From the NCBI GenBank assembly GCA_000934665.2, contig KZ538996.1, positions 1-37,098 on the forward strand: a stretch of DNA of 37,098 bases. Direction: 5' to 3'. Source of the stretch: Catajapyx aquilonaris (taxonomy: Eukaryota). A model generated the notes under the pieces. It had not been told where the DNA came from and ran no database searches. It worked only from the letters and a program-made list of their open reading frames with translations. Of the stretch, positions 1 to 11,900 are shown piece after piece (positions within the stretch are counted from its first letter, which is position 1; each line of letters begins with the position of its first letter). Both the position numbers and the translations under genes were made by a program.

Positions 1-94
1 CTTTTTACTTTCACCAATGAATTTCTGGCCTGCGATTTACCCCTAGTGTCATTTTCGGGCCGATTGGCCGATGGCCCTACAGACACTTCCCTTG

Positions 95-222
95 TTAGAA
101 TTGTGCTGTCAGGCACAGGTTTCGAGATATACTGCATTTACTGCATTTACTAATATACAGTACTATAATATATTAGTAAATACAGTATATCTCAAAAACT
201 GTGCCTGACAGCACAATTCTAA
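95..222. repeat. ~128-bp imperfect palindrome (hairpin) formed from part of a DNA-transposon-like sequence
   Basis: TTAGAATTGTGCTGTCAGGCACAG..GAGATATACTG..TTTACTAATATA (from 95) is mirrored by TATATTAGTAAATACAGTATATCTC..CTGTGCCTGACAGCACAATTCTAA (to 222). Confidence 0.85.
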
Positions 223-307
223 GTGCAGATATGGAATCAGCGCAGAAAGTAAAGGAATCACTATTCACATCATCAGAAAGAATACAAAAGTATTTTGTAG
301 AACAGTG
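187..307 (-). mobile_element. Terminal fragment of a non-autonomous DNA transposon (copy 1)
   Basis: Aligns by eye with 862-989 (ATATCTCAAAAACTGTGCCTGACAG...CATCAGAAA...TATTTTGTAGAACAGTG). Similarity stops at CAGTG, which reads CACTGTTCTACAAAATA on the minus strand, a CAC-starting terminus. Family assignment is inference. Confidence 0.5.
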
Positions 308-861
308 ATATTAAGGGTATGTCTTTGCAAAATCTATGCAAAACATATCTATTATTTTCTAGAGAACCATGCATGACCCAGGCCTAAAACTTAGCATACT
401 GAACTTTATGACGGTCACAACTAGTGTCACCAAATATGACTGCTTTAACGCAAATACATCACTAATTGTTGAGGTCACAATTCTTGGGTATGTGACTGAG
501 CAAGTGACAATGAAATGCTGTAATTTTTTTTTTGCATTTCAGGGGAAAACCAATTCCATAGACACATTTTCCTGGCGTTTCCCTTTCTTTTCATATATAT
601 ATATGTTCATTGGGATTTGACCACTTCCACTAACCGAGAAAAAAATTTCCAAAAAAGGCATCATTTTCAGCCATTTCCAGATTTTTGCGATTTTTCCACT
701 CATCATGATATTGCGAAATATGGCTAAACTTTATAAGCAGCATTAAGGAATAGTTGAGTACATCTGCGATTATTTTCACCAAGATCCGAGACGGTCTAGC
801 AACATTTAGGCCCACTTGATTCGGAAAGACCCCTAGTAAATTGTTCCAAATTTTAAAACCA

Positions 862-989
862 TATATCTCAAAAACTGTGCCTGACAGAAACCTTATGAGC
901 AGATATTAGGATTAAGCGCACAAAGTACAATAGGAATAACTATTAAAATCATCAGAAAATAGAAAAAAGTGTTATTTTGTAGAACAGTG
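862..989 (-). mobile_element. Terminal fragment of the same element (copy 2), next to the tRNA-Ser terminator
   Basis: Diverged direct repeat of 187-307; may extend left to about 630. Confidence 0.5.
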
Positions 990-1011
990 TTATAGGAACA
1001 AAAAAAGTACT

Positions 1012-1093
1012 CGACGAGGATGGGATTCGAACCCACGCGGGCAGAGCCCAATGGATTAGCAGTCCATCGCCTTAACCACTCGGCCACCTCGTC
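1012..1093 (-). tRNA. tRNA-Ser (anticodon GCT)
   Basis: Reverse complement is GACGAGGTGGCCGAGTGGTTAAGGCGATGGACTGCTAATCCATTGGGCTCTGCCCGCGTGGGTTCGAATCCCATCCTCGTCG: 82 nt, full cloverleaf with long variable arm, A and B boxes. T7 terminator at 1000-1006. Confidence 0.98.
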
Positions 1094-1321
1094 TGTTGAA
1101 AAGTACCCTTCTTGTTTTCACTAGGGATGACAGAAATTTTATTTGATATTTCCCAGCTTCATTTGTTTGCGACCCATCTTTCTCTTCCCTCATCCCATTC
1201 ATCTACCAGAAGCTGTGACCAGAAGCGTAGGCACTATACCGACTATAGGCAGGCAGGATGGCATAGCACAGCAACATTTTTAATTGATAGTAGGGAGGTT
1301 GGCCCGGCATTGCCTCTTCAA

Positions 1322-1508
1322 CCTCCAAGGATAGGGAAGGGAGGAAGCGGCTGTGGCCTATTGTTTACGGAAGCGACCCCGGAATTATCCTAGGAAGACC
1401 GTGGAAACCCACAGAAAACCACGGTCAGGATCGTCGGCCCCGGGATTAGAACCCAGGACCTCCTGATTAGCAGTCGGATGCCTTATCCACCATGCCAACC
1501 TGCTTCGG
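1322..1508 (-). mobile_element. tRNA-derived SINE, diverged or partial copy
   Basis: Clearly homologous to ~32290-32472 (GGAAGCGGCTGTGGCCTAT...CCACAGAAA...GGTCAGGA...GAACCCAGGACCTCC.GATTAGCAGTCGGA...TGCTTCGG). Degenerate A/B boxes on the minus strand; left boundary approximate. Confidence 0.85.
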
Positions 1509-2740
1509 TTGAATCAGTAACAGTTGATTTGTAATTGTCGAGAATATGAGTGCGTGTAAACGACTCTTCCATATTACATTTCTCATTTAAGATTGAGTGT
1601 TACAATCGACCCCGCCCTCTGTTACAACCGCCCCTATTATGAAGTCGGTTGTAAAACTCTGCATTGACTTGGGAAAATATTTATTAATTTATTAATTTTT
1701 AATCTTGAGAGTTTGTAATGTTAATTTTACGGAGAGGAATGTTGTCTTATATCCACCATGTCATAAACTTTTTCTACGTGCACATGTAACAGAATTTAAA
1801 AATTCAGACGGAAAGTGTCACAACCGACCCATCTCCCCTACTTATATGCCAGTGTAGCGAGCTGACGCTTATTGTAGAGTTGTATACCGGTACTGTATAC
1901 TGTACAGTGTACAAGTAGCCTACCACCATTACTGCTCGTAGAGTACATAAAAAATCCTGCCTATTTTGCATTAAATAAATTAAATTTTTTGTAAATAATA
2001 ATTCTTCATCCAAAAGATAGGGTGAATATGATTTGACATATGTGCAGCTATTATAGGCCTACCCTGATTTATTGTGGGATGTGGAATCTTTAAATTGAAG
2101 AGATGACCTTTATATACGAACCTTGGGGCGAAGTCTATGCTTCTAAAAACTGTACGCATGTTATTACTTATTTACTCTGATACTCACTCAGTCTGGCCCG
2201 GATTTCCTCAAAGTCCCTAAAAATGGGTTTAGGGTGCCAAGACCAAGGGGCGCCCATAGGGTCGCAGTGGGGCTTCGCCGTAACACTCTGGAGGGGACTG
2301 TGGCGAAAGGGTGAAGGACGACACAAGCATGCTCAGTCTTGCAGGTATTTGTTACATCGTAATCGATGTTATTATAATCTTTCATATGTAACTGTCAAAT
2401 GCACTGGCAATATTATCATATCAATGATGTGTGGCGAATGAGATTTATTACGTAGATTCTGCTCTACAAAATATGACATTTGTTTCCATTCAAGGTATTT
2501 AGACTACAATTATTTGACCTGAGAGTTACCAATTACTATCTATTTTACCGTATAATATTATTGTCTACCTACTTGCAAGCAGTATACAGTCGAAAAAAAA
2601 TGTACTTATCTTGAGCGAAAGTGTACATGATTGTACTGTATATTTGCTATCGCAAACTCCACGATATCGAAATGTAGTTTGAGGCATATCTCGTTTTGCT
2701 TCCGATGCACTAGTTACGGAAAAAGGGATAGGTCTTATCA

Positions 2741-2822
2741 GACGAGGTGGCCGAGTGGTTAAGGCGATGGACTGCTAATCCATTGGGCTTTGCCCGCGTG
2801 GGTTCGAATCCCATCCTCGTCG
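2741..2822 (+). tRNA. tRNA-Ser (anticodon GCT), variable-loop variant
   Basis: Identical to the other two copies except GGGCTTTGCCC versus GGGCTCTGCCC in the variable loop. T8 terminator at 2826-2833. Confidence 0.98.
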
Positions 2823-4384
2823 ACCTTTTTTTTCTGCCTAGTAATTTTTTGCAGGAGGTTGTGGTGGTCATTTTATAGTAATGTAACATCGTGGATACCT
2901 GTTCTTTGAGGAGTGAAAACCTGAGCTCGAAAGTTGAAATTTTGCACTTTTTTTCTTATTTGAACTAGCCACAGAAGGCACTAGGGATATTCCAGCATTT
3001 TAAATTTTATTATTCTGACAATGGTAGATGATGTTCATTTTAAAAGTCTTACATTATTCACGAACGATAATAATGCAATTAAAAATGCTCGAATGCATGA
3101 TACGACATTGTAATTTGAGGTGTTGCCATACTGTTCAATAGGGTTGACCTTAGATGTTATTAATTTTAAGTGAGCAATATGCGAATCAAAAAATTTGCAT
3201 TTATCTACTATTGTCAAACTATATTAGTTTTAAAAAGAGGAATGTTCCTAGTGCCTGCTGTGGCCATTTCAAATGCAAAAAAATTATAAATTCTCAACTT
3301 TCAATACTAGATTTTCCAGATTTTCACTACTCAGGAAACAGATATTTAAAAACTGAGTTTCATTTATTTCATATTATATTATGAACAACGTCCAACAGAA
3401 ATGATCGTAATAAATTGCAAATCCATGCCGGAAATTATCCTTACCAGTGAACTCGTTGGAGCCTTGAAACATGAATGGTCATTCTGTTTTTGGTCATGAT
3501 GGTATCATTATTTTTATTAAAATTTTGATATATTAAGAATGAGTGGTTTTAAGGTCTAGATCTATAAAATTTACAATACAGACTGTAGTCCTGGATTATG
3601 GTGTCATTCATGCAAGTCAGGAGGTCCCTATATAGGTGAAAGGAACTTCTATGCTGCTCACACATGAATTACCTGGTAGGATTGGGAAAAAGGCATTGTC
3701 GTGTTTGGCTTATTGTGTGAATAGGAATATATTGTTCAAGTTCCTGTTTTGTTTGTAATTTACGAGCTATGATTCTCCATTGTAAAAGAAATGACCCTTG
3801 ACCACTTCATCTTGAGCTATACTATTCAAAAGTAACTTTTCCATATCATTTTATGTCGCAATCATGTATTCCATAGTGGTGTAAGTGTCCGTGGAGACAA
3901 GCTGTCTAAGGATGTCTTCCAGGATCTATTTTGCAAGGGCTCACAGCAACATAAACTATAAAAATTAATGAAATTTCTCTGCGACATTTTCCTCTGTAAT
4001 CTCAAAAAAGGATAGTATTGTAGGTGAGCCCAAAAAGATTATGAAAACCGTTTCGCAGTACAAAACTCTATACTGTATATGGAAACATACGGTATACCTT
4101 TTTTTCTACACGGTTTAATGTAGCCGAAATAATCAAAGATGTGCCTTAATTATGATTAATGTTACGTCACTTTATTTTTGGGGGAAAGTAGTTAGTTATA
4201 GACCTCTATGACTATTTCAGTTTTGAATAAATGATTCGGTATAGTCACTAGAGAATTGTCACTTGGCTTATTTCCATTAGGGATTCAATGCACTACAAGG
4301 TTTGGTCTTCCTTTAACACTGATGGCAATCCTGAAATATAATTTTTGTCGTCCCTAGTGAAAACAAGAAGGGTACTTTTCAACA

Positions 4385-4466
4385 GACGAGGTGGCCGAGT
4401 GGTTAAGGCGATGGACTGCTAATCCATTGGGCTCTGCCCGCGTGGGTTCGAATCCCATCCTCGTCG
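4385..4466 (+). tRNA. tRNA-Ser (anticodon GCT)
   Basis: 82-nt cloverleaf identical to the copy at 1012-1093. T5 terminator at 4472-4476. Confidence 0.98.
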
Positions 4467-7400
4467 CGTCCTTTTTCTTCTACCTTTTAACAACTGTCTA
4501 GTTTTCTCTCAGAAAATAATGGAGTAATTTGTGACAAAATGTCGAAATTTTTGAAGCGTAATTATTATGTATGCTATATACTTGTACATTAATTTTATAC
4601 TTGACGCTATAAAAAATGGAAACGACGAATAATTCTAAAACTTGCGCATTTTTCAACCTGAAATTTGAGCTTTTTTGGGCTTCAGTAATCATATATTTAC
4701 TTGTAAAATACGCCCCCCCCCCCCNCCCATCCTGGTATATCTTGGTGTAATTTTGGCACCTCGGTCCGTCCATGGCTACTGAAAAGCACCTAAATAAGCA
4801 CACATTTATAAGCAGTGTTCCTTCCTAGTGGAGACCCTGTATATATTTTGCATTATATAAATGTGAAATGAAGAACCACCATAGTGATATTTTATTCAAA
4901 ATTGAGTTAGCCATTGTTTAATGTAGTCCTCGCCCAGTTTGGTCCCCGGACATTGGGCGTAGGGCAACTTCTCATGACTTGACCTTCAGAAAGGACCATT
5001 CGAAGTCTATAATTAATAAAGATTGACTCTGATCATTCTGAATTTTACTTCCTCATTTTAAAACACTACTAGTATATTCCTGGATTCACCTGCCGTCATT
5101 TCAGCGCAAAATAACCGGTACACATTTCCAACGGCAATTGATCGACACGCCAATCTGATCAGCCATAAACGAGAGGAATGTTATCGAGGGTCGCAGGAGA
5201 AAAGCTGGGAAAAGTGAAACTTCTGATCCACTTAGAGCACACCCCTACAACTTGATTCTTATACCCTTCCCGCAAAATGCCTACTCGCCAATACGAAATG
5301 TCACACTTGTAAACCCATACGAAAAGCTGATTCTCCAGATAATTATTGCCATTTTTCGGTCTCCCAACAGGTGCAAAGACCGCAACTTCGTTACGCAACA
5401 GCAGACAGGTACTGAGTAGCTAGTAACCTACTGCCGATACCAGCCATGTCCTTGACCCCTCCATGGGCTGGACTTTGCCTGAAGGATTCTAAAAATCCGG
5501 TTAGTAACCCGCAACTTTTGAACAAAGACTACGCTCAACTAATCCCTGCTTATGTATTGTGAAGATTCCCGGATGAAGTAGAGTCCTAAAGTGACACAAC
5601 AAAGAGGAAAGAAATAGAGAAAGGAGGGTTCTTCCCACGCCCTTTTCTGGCTTCGAACCCGGATCCTATACCAAAAAAGGGTTTGCATACCCAACACATG
5701 CCAACCCAAGTTTTGTTTTCATGCCGGTTCGATAACTGGCACGGTACTGTTTCTTTATATGTTTTTTTTCTCGCTGCAGTCTCATTAGTTAGAAGGGCAT
5801 GAAACTCTGTTTTTTTTTTCACCATGTGAAAGTGGAAGGTAGAGGAAAGTTTGCGGGATTCTGTTTTCTTTCTTGTATTCGAAGGTAAGCATGGAGGATG
5901 TCCACAGGTATGGGTATTATTTAAAAAAAATTATACAGATCGTCACGGTGGTGCAACGGTTATTCGCATTGTTTCATGGCTGCGAGTCCAGCATAAATCA
6001 TTGGGTTGGTGTCAGTTAATGGGTCGTTTTTGGGAGGTGTAACACGACCCAGTCAGATCCGCTCCATTTGTTTCCAAAAACAGGAAGCGGAAAGTCATTT
6101 ACGTGGCCCACGTTTATGTTCCTCCCACGTGTCATGCGATGCAATTTTCTGGCGCCAGTTAGATCGTGATCGGCCAATTTAATTGGTGATATATCAGTCG
6201 GATCTGAAATTCACCTAAGATGGGATTCAACGAAAGCTGGTCCCAAGGGCGCCATGGGTCAAAAGTGGGCCACTTGGGGTTTCCGACCTTCTTTTCCCTT
6301 CTTTTGCAGCCTTCCTCATAAGCGGCCTTGAAGGAGGACAAGGTCCGAGCAGTAGACGAATATCCTTTCTTCTTTTTGTCTTTTTTTTTTGTCTTTCTTT
6401 CTAATCTGGCCAAAGGCAACCTGATCCTTTTCCTACCTTTTGTCTCAGACTCTAAATTGTTCCTAGCTAGAATTGTTTCTTCGTTTGTTTATCTCAGAAA
6501 TTATATCTGCATTGAAATTAACAATCTAGTCACGATGTTTCTATTTAGTCGCTGTCACAATGAATAATTTGCATCCAACTTTTGTGAAATTGCACGTTTA
6601 ATGTTGCTTCAAAATAGGACCCTTTTGTTATTCTGATAAATTGTTGCATGAACAATTTTATTGTAATTATATTTACAGCGTAATTTGCTGGGAATGGAAG
6701 CTGCAGTTGCAATTAAGTAACGGGTGAGAAACATAAGTCAGATAACTTCACCACCTGCTGAGTCAAATTGCATGCAAGAAAATTACTCGTTCCTACAAAT
6801 TCCCACATAACAGTTTCCCTCGCTCGTTACGTAGACCATTTCTTCACTGTTATTTTGATCAGACACACCGTAACACAGTAGCGAGAAATTATCACAGTGA
6901 GTTTATTTTGCATAAAATTATCCCAAATTGACTTAAATTACTGATTGGTTGAAATGAACGACCTTGAAATTCGAATATGATGTGGAACATTGAATTCAAC
7001 ACGCGGTCAGCTGATTAGTGCGGAGTACGTGCATAGCAACCTCAGCCTATCAATTTCGCCTTGTTTTATTAGTGCACTTTCACATCGGTTTTTTTTCCAA
7101 CCCTCTGAAATATTCAGCTGGTCGAGACCAATGCAAAGACTTGCAGTATAACCTACTTCTTAGCCAGGACAAAATAACAATAATAAGAACGTATATGCAG
7201 TTGTTGTGGTAGCATTCAACTACTGAAGCCTACTTTCGCTCGGTCATGTCCCCTGATACACATTATCTTGACTCCTGCCCTCACCATGTTTTGCTTCTGT
7301 TTTGTAGAAAGAAAATATTTTGCACGTGACGCACTCGGGGTTTTGGCGACTCTCGGATCACGAACCTCTTCAAGTTTCTCCCAGAATTTTATCGCGCTCG

Positions 7401-8877
7401 GGCGAAAGTTTCGCTTATATTACAGCCTGATCATCATCCATTCCTCCACCCACAGCCCCTCAGGTGATAATAAAAAGCTGAAGAATTATACATGCAAACG
7501 CATACATTTTACTTAGAACCCCGGGTTGATAACTATTCCTGTCATCCGAGATATGTAACAGTATTTTTGCGATGTTATAGGCAATCTGGAATGTTGCATT
7601 AAAATAATGTTATCTGGTTCGTGATTGCCTAAGATGATGCATGATACAACTACATGATGTGGGCGTAAGTCGTAAAGAAAAGCTGCGTGTGAGGTATACA
7701 CGTTGAAAGTTGCTTTTGGGGATTGTTGGGGGTCGATGGCAATTGATATTGATAAGGGCACTACTAAAGCTTAGAAGCATTTTAAAATAAGCCTTGCAGT
7801 ATTTTTGGAAATGAGCATTTGCATTTTATTACCTCTTGGCCATAGTTTAGGTGGACTAAATAATATTCATTTGCAGATTCCCGGAAGCATTAAGTATTCG
7901 ACACTCATAAACGCCATACCGCAGCTCACAATGTGATCCATTTAAGCACAATAAATTATGCACACCTAGATCAGTAATGAACTGACGGAATGCCCGACAG
8001 CACGTTATACACATTTGACTAATGCATTTCATTGCTCCCAATCGTGTGTCAAGCTGCGTACCGAACTAATCTTATGTGGGCCTTGCATATATTTACTGTA
8101 ATTTTATATTAGTGTCTTAGCCTTATTACCTTGTAGGTCGCATGGTTTTATCATGTTCAACGTATTGTTATAGCTGTATGACTGCATGTATAATAGAGAG
8201 AAAATAGTACCCTAGAAAGGCTACCCAAATATTATGAATGCAATCAGGGACCCAAGTGAAGCTGAATAATATTATGCCTATCGTCTATACCGATACAATA
8301 CATGGCAATGGGAAAGGAAGAGAAAGATATCAGCAATCGTATGGTTGAAGGCTTTCTAGCCGGCACTGTTGCTGGTCACAGCATATTACAATCAGTCAGT
8401 GAAGCGCAGATTTTCCTGGCAGAAGCCACTGACCAGGATGGAATAATTTAGATCATGTGGCCAGCCAATGGCACCTTTCAAGTATACGTGGACTGTATAC
8501 CAGGTGCCGGTCTACACTGACGGACTTCGTTTTATAGCATTTATTTTTTTCTTAAATATCTTTCACGCACTTTTGTCAAATAAGGGCTCCCATAAGCTAA
8601 TATTATTCCCATCCGACACTTCCACAAATACTGAATAAATAGAAAGGCTTGTAGGTGATTTTTGGAAATTCCAGTTCCGTTACGCCGATAATGGAACTTT
8701 CAATTCTTTGGACGTCACACATAGTCTGGGATTGACTCATGATGGGAAATATCCGCCTGCCCTATCAGGTTATTTCCTACAATTTATTCGTTAGGAATTT
8801 TTTGTTACTGCTTCACCTGGACCGCACAAATTCATTGCTCGCCTTTTTATTACAAATATATGACTTGCCAAGATCGT

Positions 8878-8945
8878 ACGGTGGAGTATAGTAGTTAGCG
8901 CAACAGTATTTCCACCTGACGCGAGTTTGATCCTCGGATAGGACA
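8878..8945 (+). mobile_element. Possible highly degenerate tRNA-derived SINE head
   Basis: GGTGGAGTATAGTAGTTAGCGC (A-box-like) and GAGTTTGATCC (B-box-like) at roughly tRNA spacing; no cloverleaf. Confidence 0.25.
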
Positions 8946-11900
8946 GATACTACTTACTTATGTGGTAAAATTCTGATGGGTTCCCCCATTTCCTCCCATA
9001 ATATAGACATGAGTTTAAGAGGGCTCCCTAATTTGCCTATCACAGGGGGAGGTAAAAATTACTAACCGGTAATTATTATGACTGTTACTATATTGCATGT
9101 ACTGTACGACAATGATTACAAACGCAAAAGCGTCGCAGAAATGCTATTTATCAACAAATTATTTTCGGATATAAATAGCATATCGCATGGAAAATAGCTA
9201 GATTTTGACAAGGCCGTGGATATTCATTTGTCGGTTTCATATGCAAAATATTTCTTTGCATAACAACTCGTAACAACTCGAAAACCTTCACTTTTCTTTT
9301 CATTTGAAGTGCTTTTCACCCCCTCTTAAATTTGGGAAAAACCGCTGTGAACAGACCTGCTCATCCCTGAAAAACTGTCCCAAAGACCCCCAATGGGGCG
9401 CCAACATTCAAAAAAACCTACCCCCCCCCCCCCCTAAAAATCGGTTGCAACTCACCCGTCAGCCGAACCAGAATAGACGTTCTGCCCATCCGTATTTGTG
9501 CATCCGACTGGCAAACCCTTGATAATTGTCGGAAAAGCGGAAAAAGGAGGGGCGCAAGAGATAATTTCCCCTAGTGGGATGAGGCCACACCCTTCCTAAA
9601 CGACACTGGGCCAAGGCTGCCATAATAATCCGGAGAGGAGGAGGTGGTTGTAGGTATCGGGGACAAGAAAGTGTATAGAGACGAAGGGCCTGCTTTCTTC
9701 ACATATGCCTCCCCACGTTGCTTTCACTGGTCGACCAAATGAAGGGAAAATTGAGGCCATGGGTAGGGGGGGGTGCAGGATTGTTAGTGGGGGGGACATG
9801 TATACAAAGTGTACTTTCTCTCAGACTGACCAGCCTGCCCAGTGTCCACCCAATTTTTTTTTCTTTGGATGCCCTGAGGCACTGACATCATCCTGCCATC
9901 ATTTGAGTGTCGCAATAGGGCTGGCGGATACTCCTGACAAGGATGAGATTGTTGGGAATAGTAGTAACAATGGTCTTACCTTGCTGTTGAAAAGCAGTGG
10001 TCTGGAGTGGGCAATCAGAGCTCTTCTGCAGGAGTCTTTAAACTTGTTCCCTATTTTTGGGGCGGGTGAACCTCCACTTTGCCCTCCCCTGAGTCTCCCT
10101 CTGGCACCCCACCCACCCAAACCTAAAATCCTCTGACATTCTTGCCTACCAGTTCATTCACCCGTCACCCTGATTATAGCAGCTATTTCTAGCCGGTTTG
10201 GCTGTAAGCTAAATTGTGAAATTTTTTTCAAAAATTCGGATCTGTCGATTTTTTCGGATGGTTCGATTTTTACATGGTTAAATCGATGTCTTTGTCATAA
10301 AAACTGAAACTGCTTTGCGGTCATCTTTGAAAGCATAGTGTCCCGGTTGGTTACCTTTAGAAACACTGAACACCATGAAAAATGCGTCTCTCAATAATAT
10401 TGCATTCCCTTATGGCATACTTGGAAAAACACCTCACTCTAGGTCTATTTATACCCGGGAAAACCCTCGCAACAGGTAAGGTCATTGCGCTCTAAATCGG
10501 ACCATCTGTGGTGGGTTTCCCAAAACTGAAGAGGGAATTCTTAGTCTCATTAGCATGAGAACTTCATGCCTTGGGGGATGGCCAAAAAAGAAAGAGAACT
10601 GGTCATTGCCAGGTAAAATACGAAGATTTGAAGAAGCGAAAGCGTTTGAAGCCAGAACTTGGCCACGAGTGTGTTGGCACGAAAAACCAGTTGGACTCTA
10701 GCTCTCGATGCACGAATCGGCGGAAATGAACTGTTTAGAGCCGGAGGAAGAGCGAGAGTGAATCTCCTTTCACCTGAGCTGGAGTCCAGGTAAAAATGAG
10801 GGCTGACCATCTACCGTATGACCAGTTATACGGTAGCAACCTTGTCGACGGAACTAGGTGAAATGACTCAATTATTTGCGCGCTGCGTGCGTACATCTTT
10901 TTCTCTCATTTTTCATGGTTACCGTTGGATGCGTTTTTGAGTTCTTAATGGTCACCCTGAAGTAATTAGTGCGTGACTTATGTTTTTTTTCTCCTGCAGT
11001 TTATGCCTTCCCCAATGTCTTGGACCGTTTAAGGCTAGGTGTCCTAAAAGTTGCAGAACGTTTATTTACGGCCTACTATCGTACTTTCTTGGAGTGTTGG
11101 GCATGTCAAGATCGCGTGTTTGCATTTGTTTGGTGTGCCTTTTTTTGACCCACTAACGAAATACATTGACATTGTTTTTCACGTTTACGTTGAGGTGACA
11201 CATGCATTATTGTTACTGTAAATGTGCAAAAAAAATCTAACGGCTCTCATCATTTTCACTGTCATTTTGTGACACAATAACATACCTGTAAACCTCTTGG
11301 ATGATATTAGCAAAAAATATCTTGGGCAACTCTTATGTACAGTTCAATGAAGCTCATTTTCATCATCAGACAATCGTTTTTTGGAGATTATTCTTGTGCT
11401 ATCTAGTCCTTCAATTGGCTCAGGGCATGGCATTATAAAGCAAGGTCACAAACTCTATAACATCTATTCTTAAGATTTGTATTCAGTACTCTGCTGTGGG
11501 GAAAATATCCCCCTCTTGCTTGAGCGAATTATAATGCGCATATAGAATAAGGCTGCATGCTAAACGATTTTGCGAATCGAAATGAGCATCATTATCCACA
11601 CCCTTAATATTACGAAATCGTCTAAATCTACAGCAATGAAAAAAATCGAGAAAAATATGGAAATACATTGCGAACTGTGCATAACGTAATTTCTGAGTTT
11701 TGCAAGATTTTTTTCTGCAGAGGCTTCCGTCATATGCGACAAAATTAAAAATTAAACTGAAATTTTGAAAATGATATTGAAAAACCTCGGCCGGGACCGA
11801 CGTTCCGTAACAGGTATCCTCTATAATCAGGGTATGATTTAGACAGGTTTTTTCTGTAGTAACGGGAAGAGAGGTGTATTTTGCAGTTTCTTTTCAGGCA

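Noticed and set aside
893..1087. ORF MAEWLRRWTANPLGSARVGSNP...
   Set aside because: It is the translation of the tRNA-Ser gene.
4755..4843. Possible MITE end (...GAGACCCTG|TA with ATAAGCA repeats)
   Set aside because: Only one terminus is visible, with no second copy in the window.
6150..6165. TGGCGCCAG as a possible LTR-retrotransposon primer-binding site
   Set aside because: No LTR pair, no gag/pol remnants, and no tRNA 3'-end match that I could establish.
8302..8520. Coding-looking stretch MAMGKEEKDISNRMVEGFLAG...
   Set aside because: Short, interrupted by a stop, no recognisable family or clear splice sites.
9300..10860. ORFs of 67-143 aa in the GC-richer 9.3-10.9 kb region and a 9-bp stem at 10811-10836
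   Set aside because: No domain resemblance, overlapping frames on both strands, and homopolymer-driven composition.
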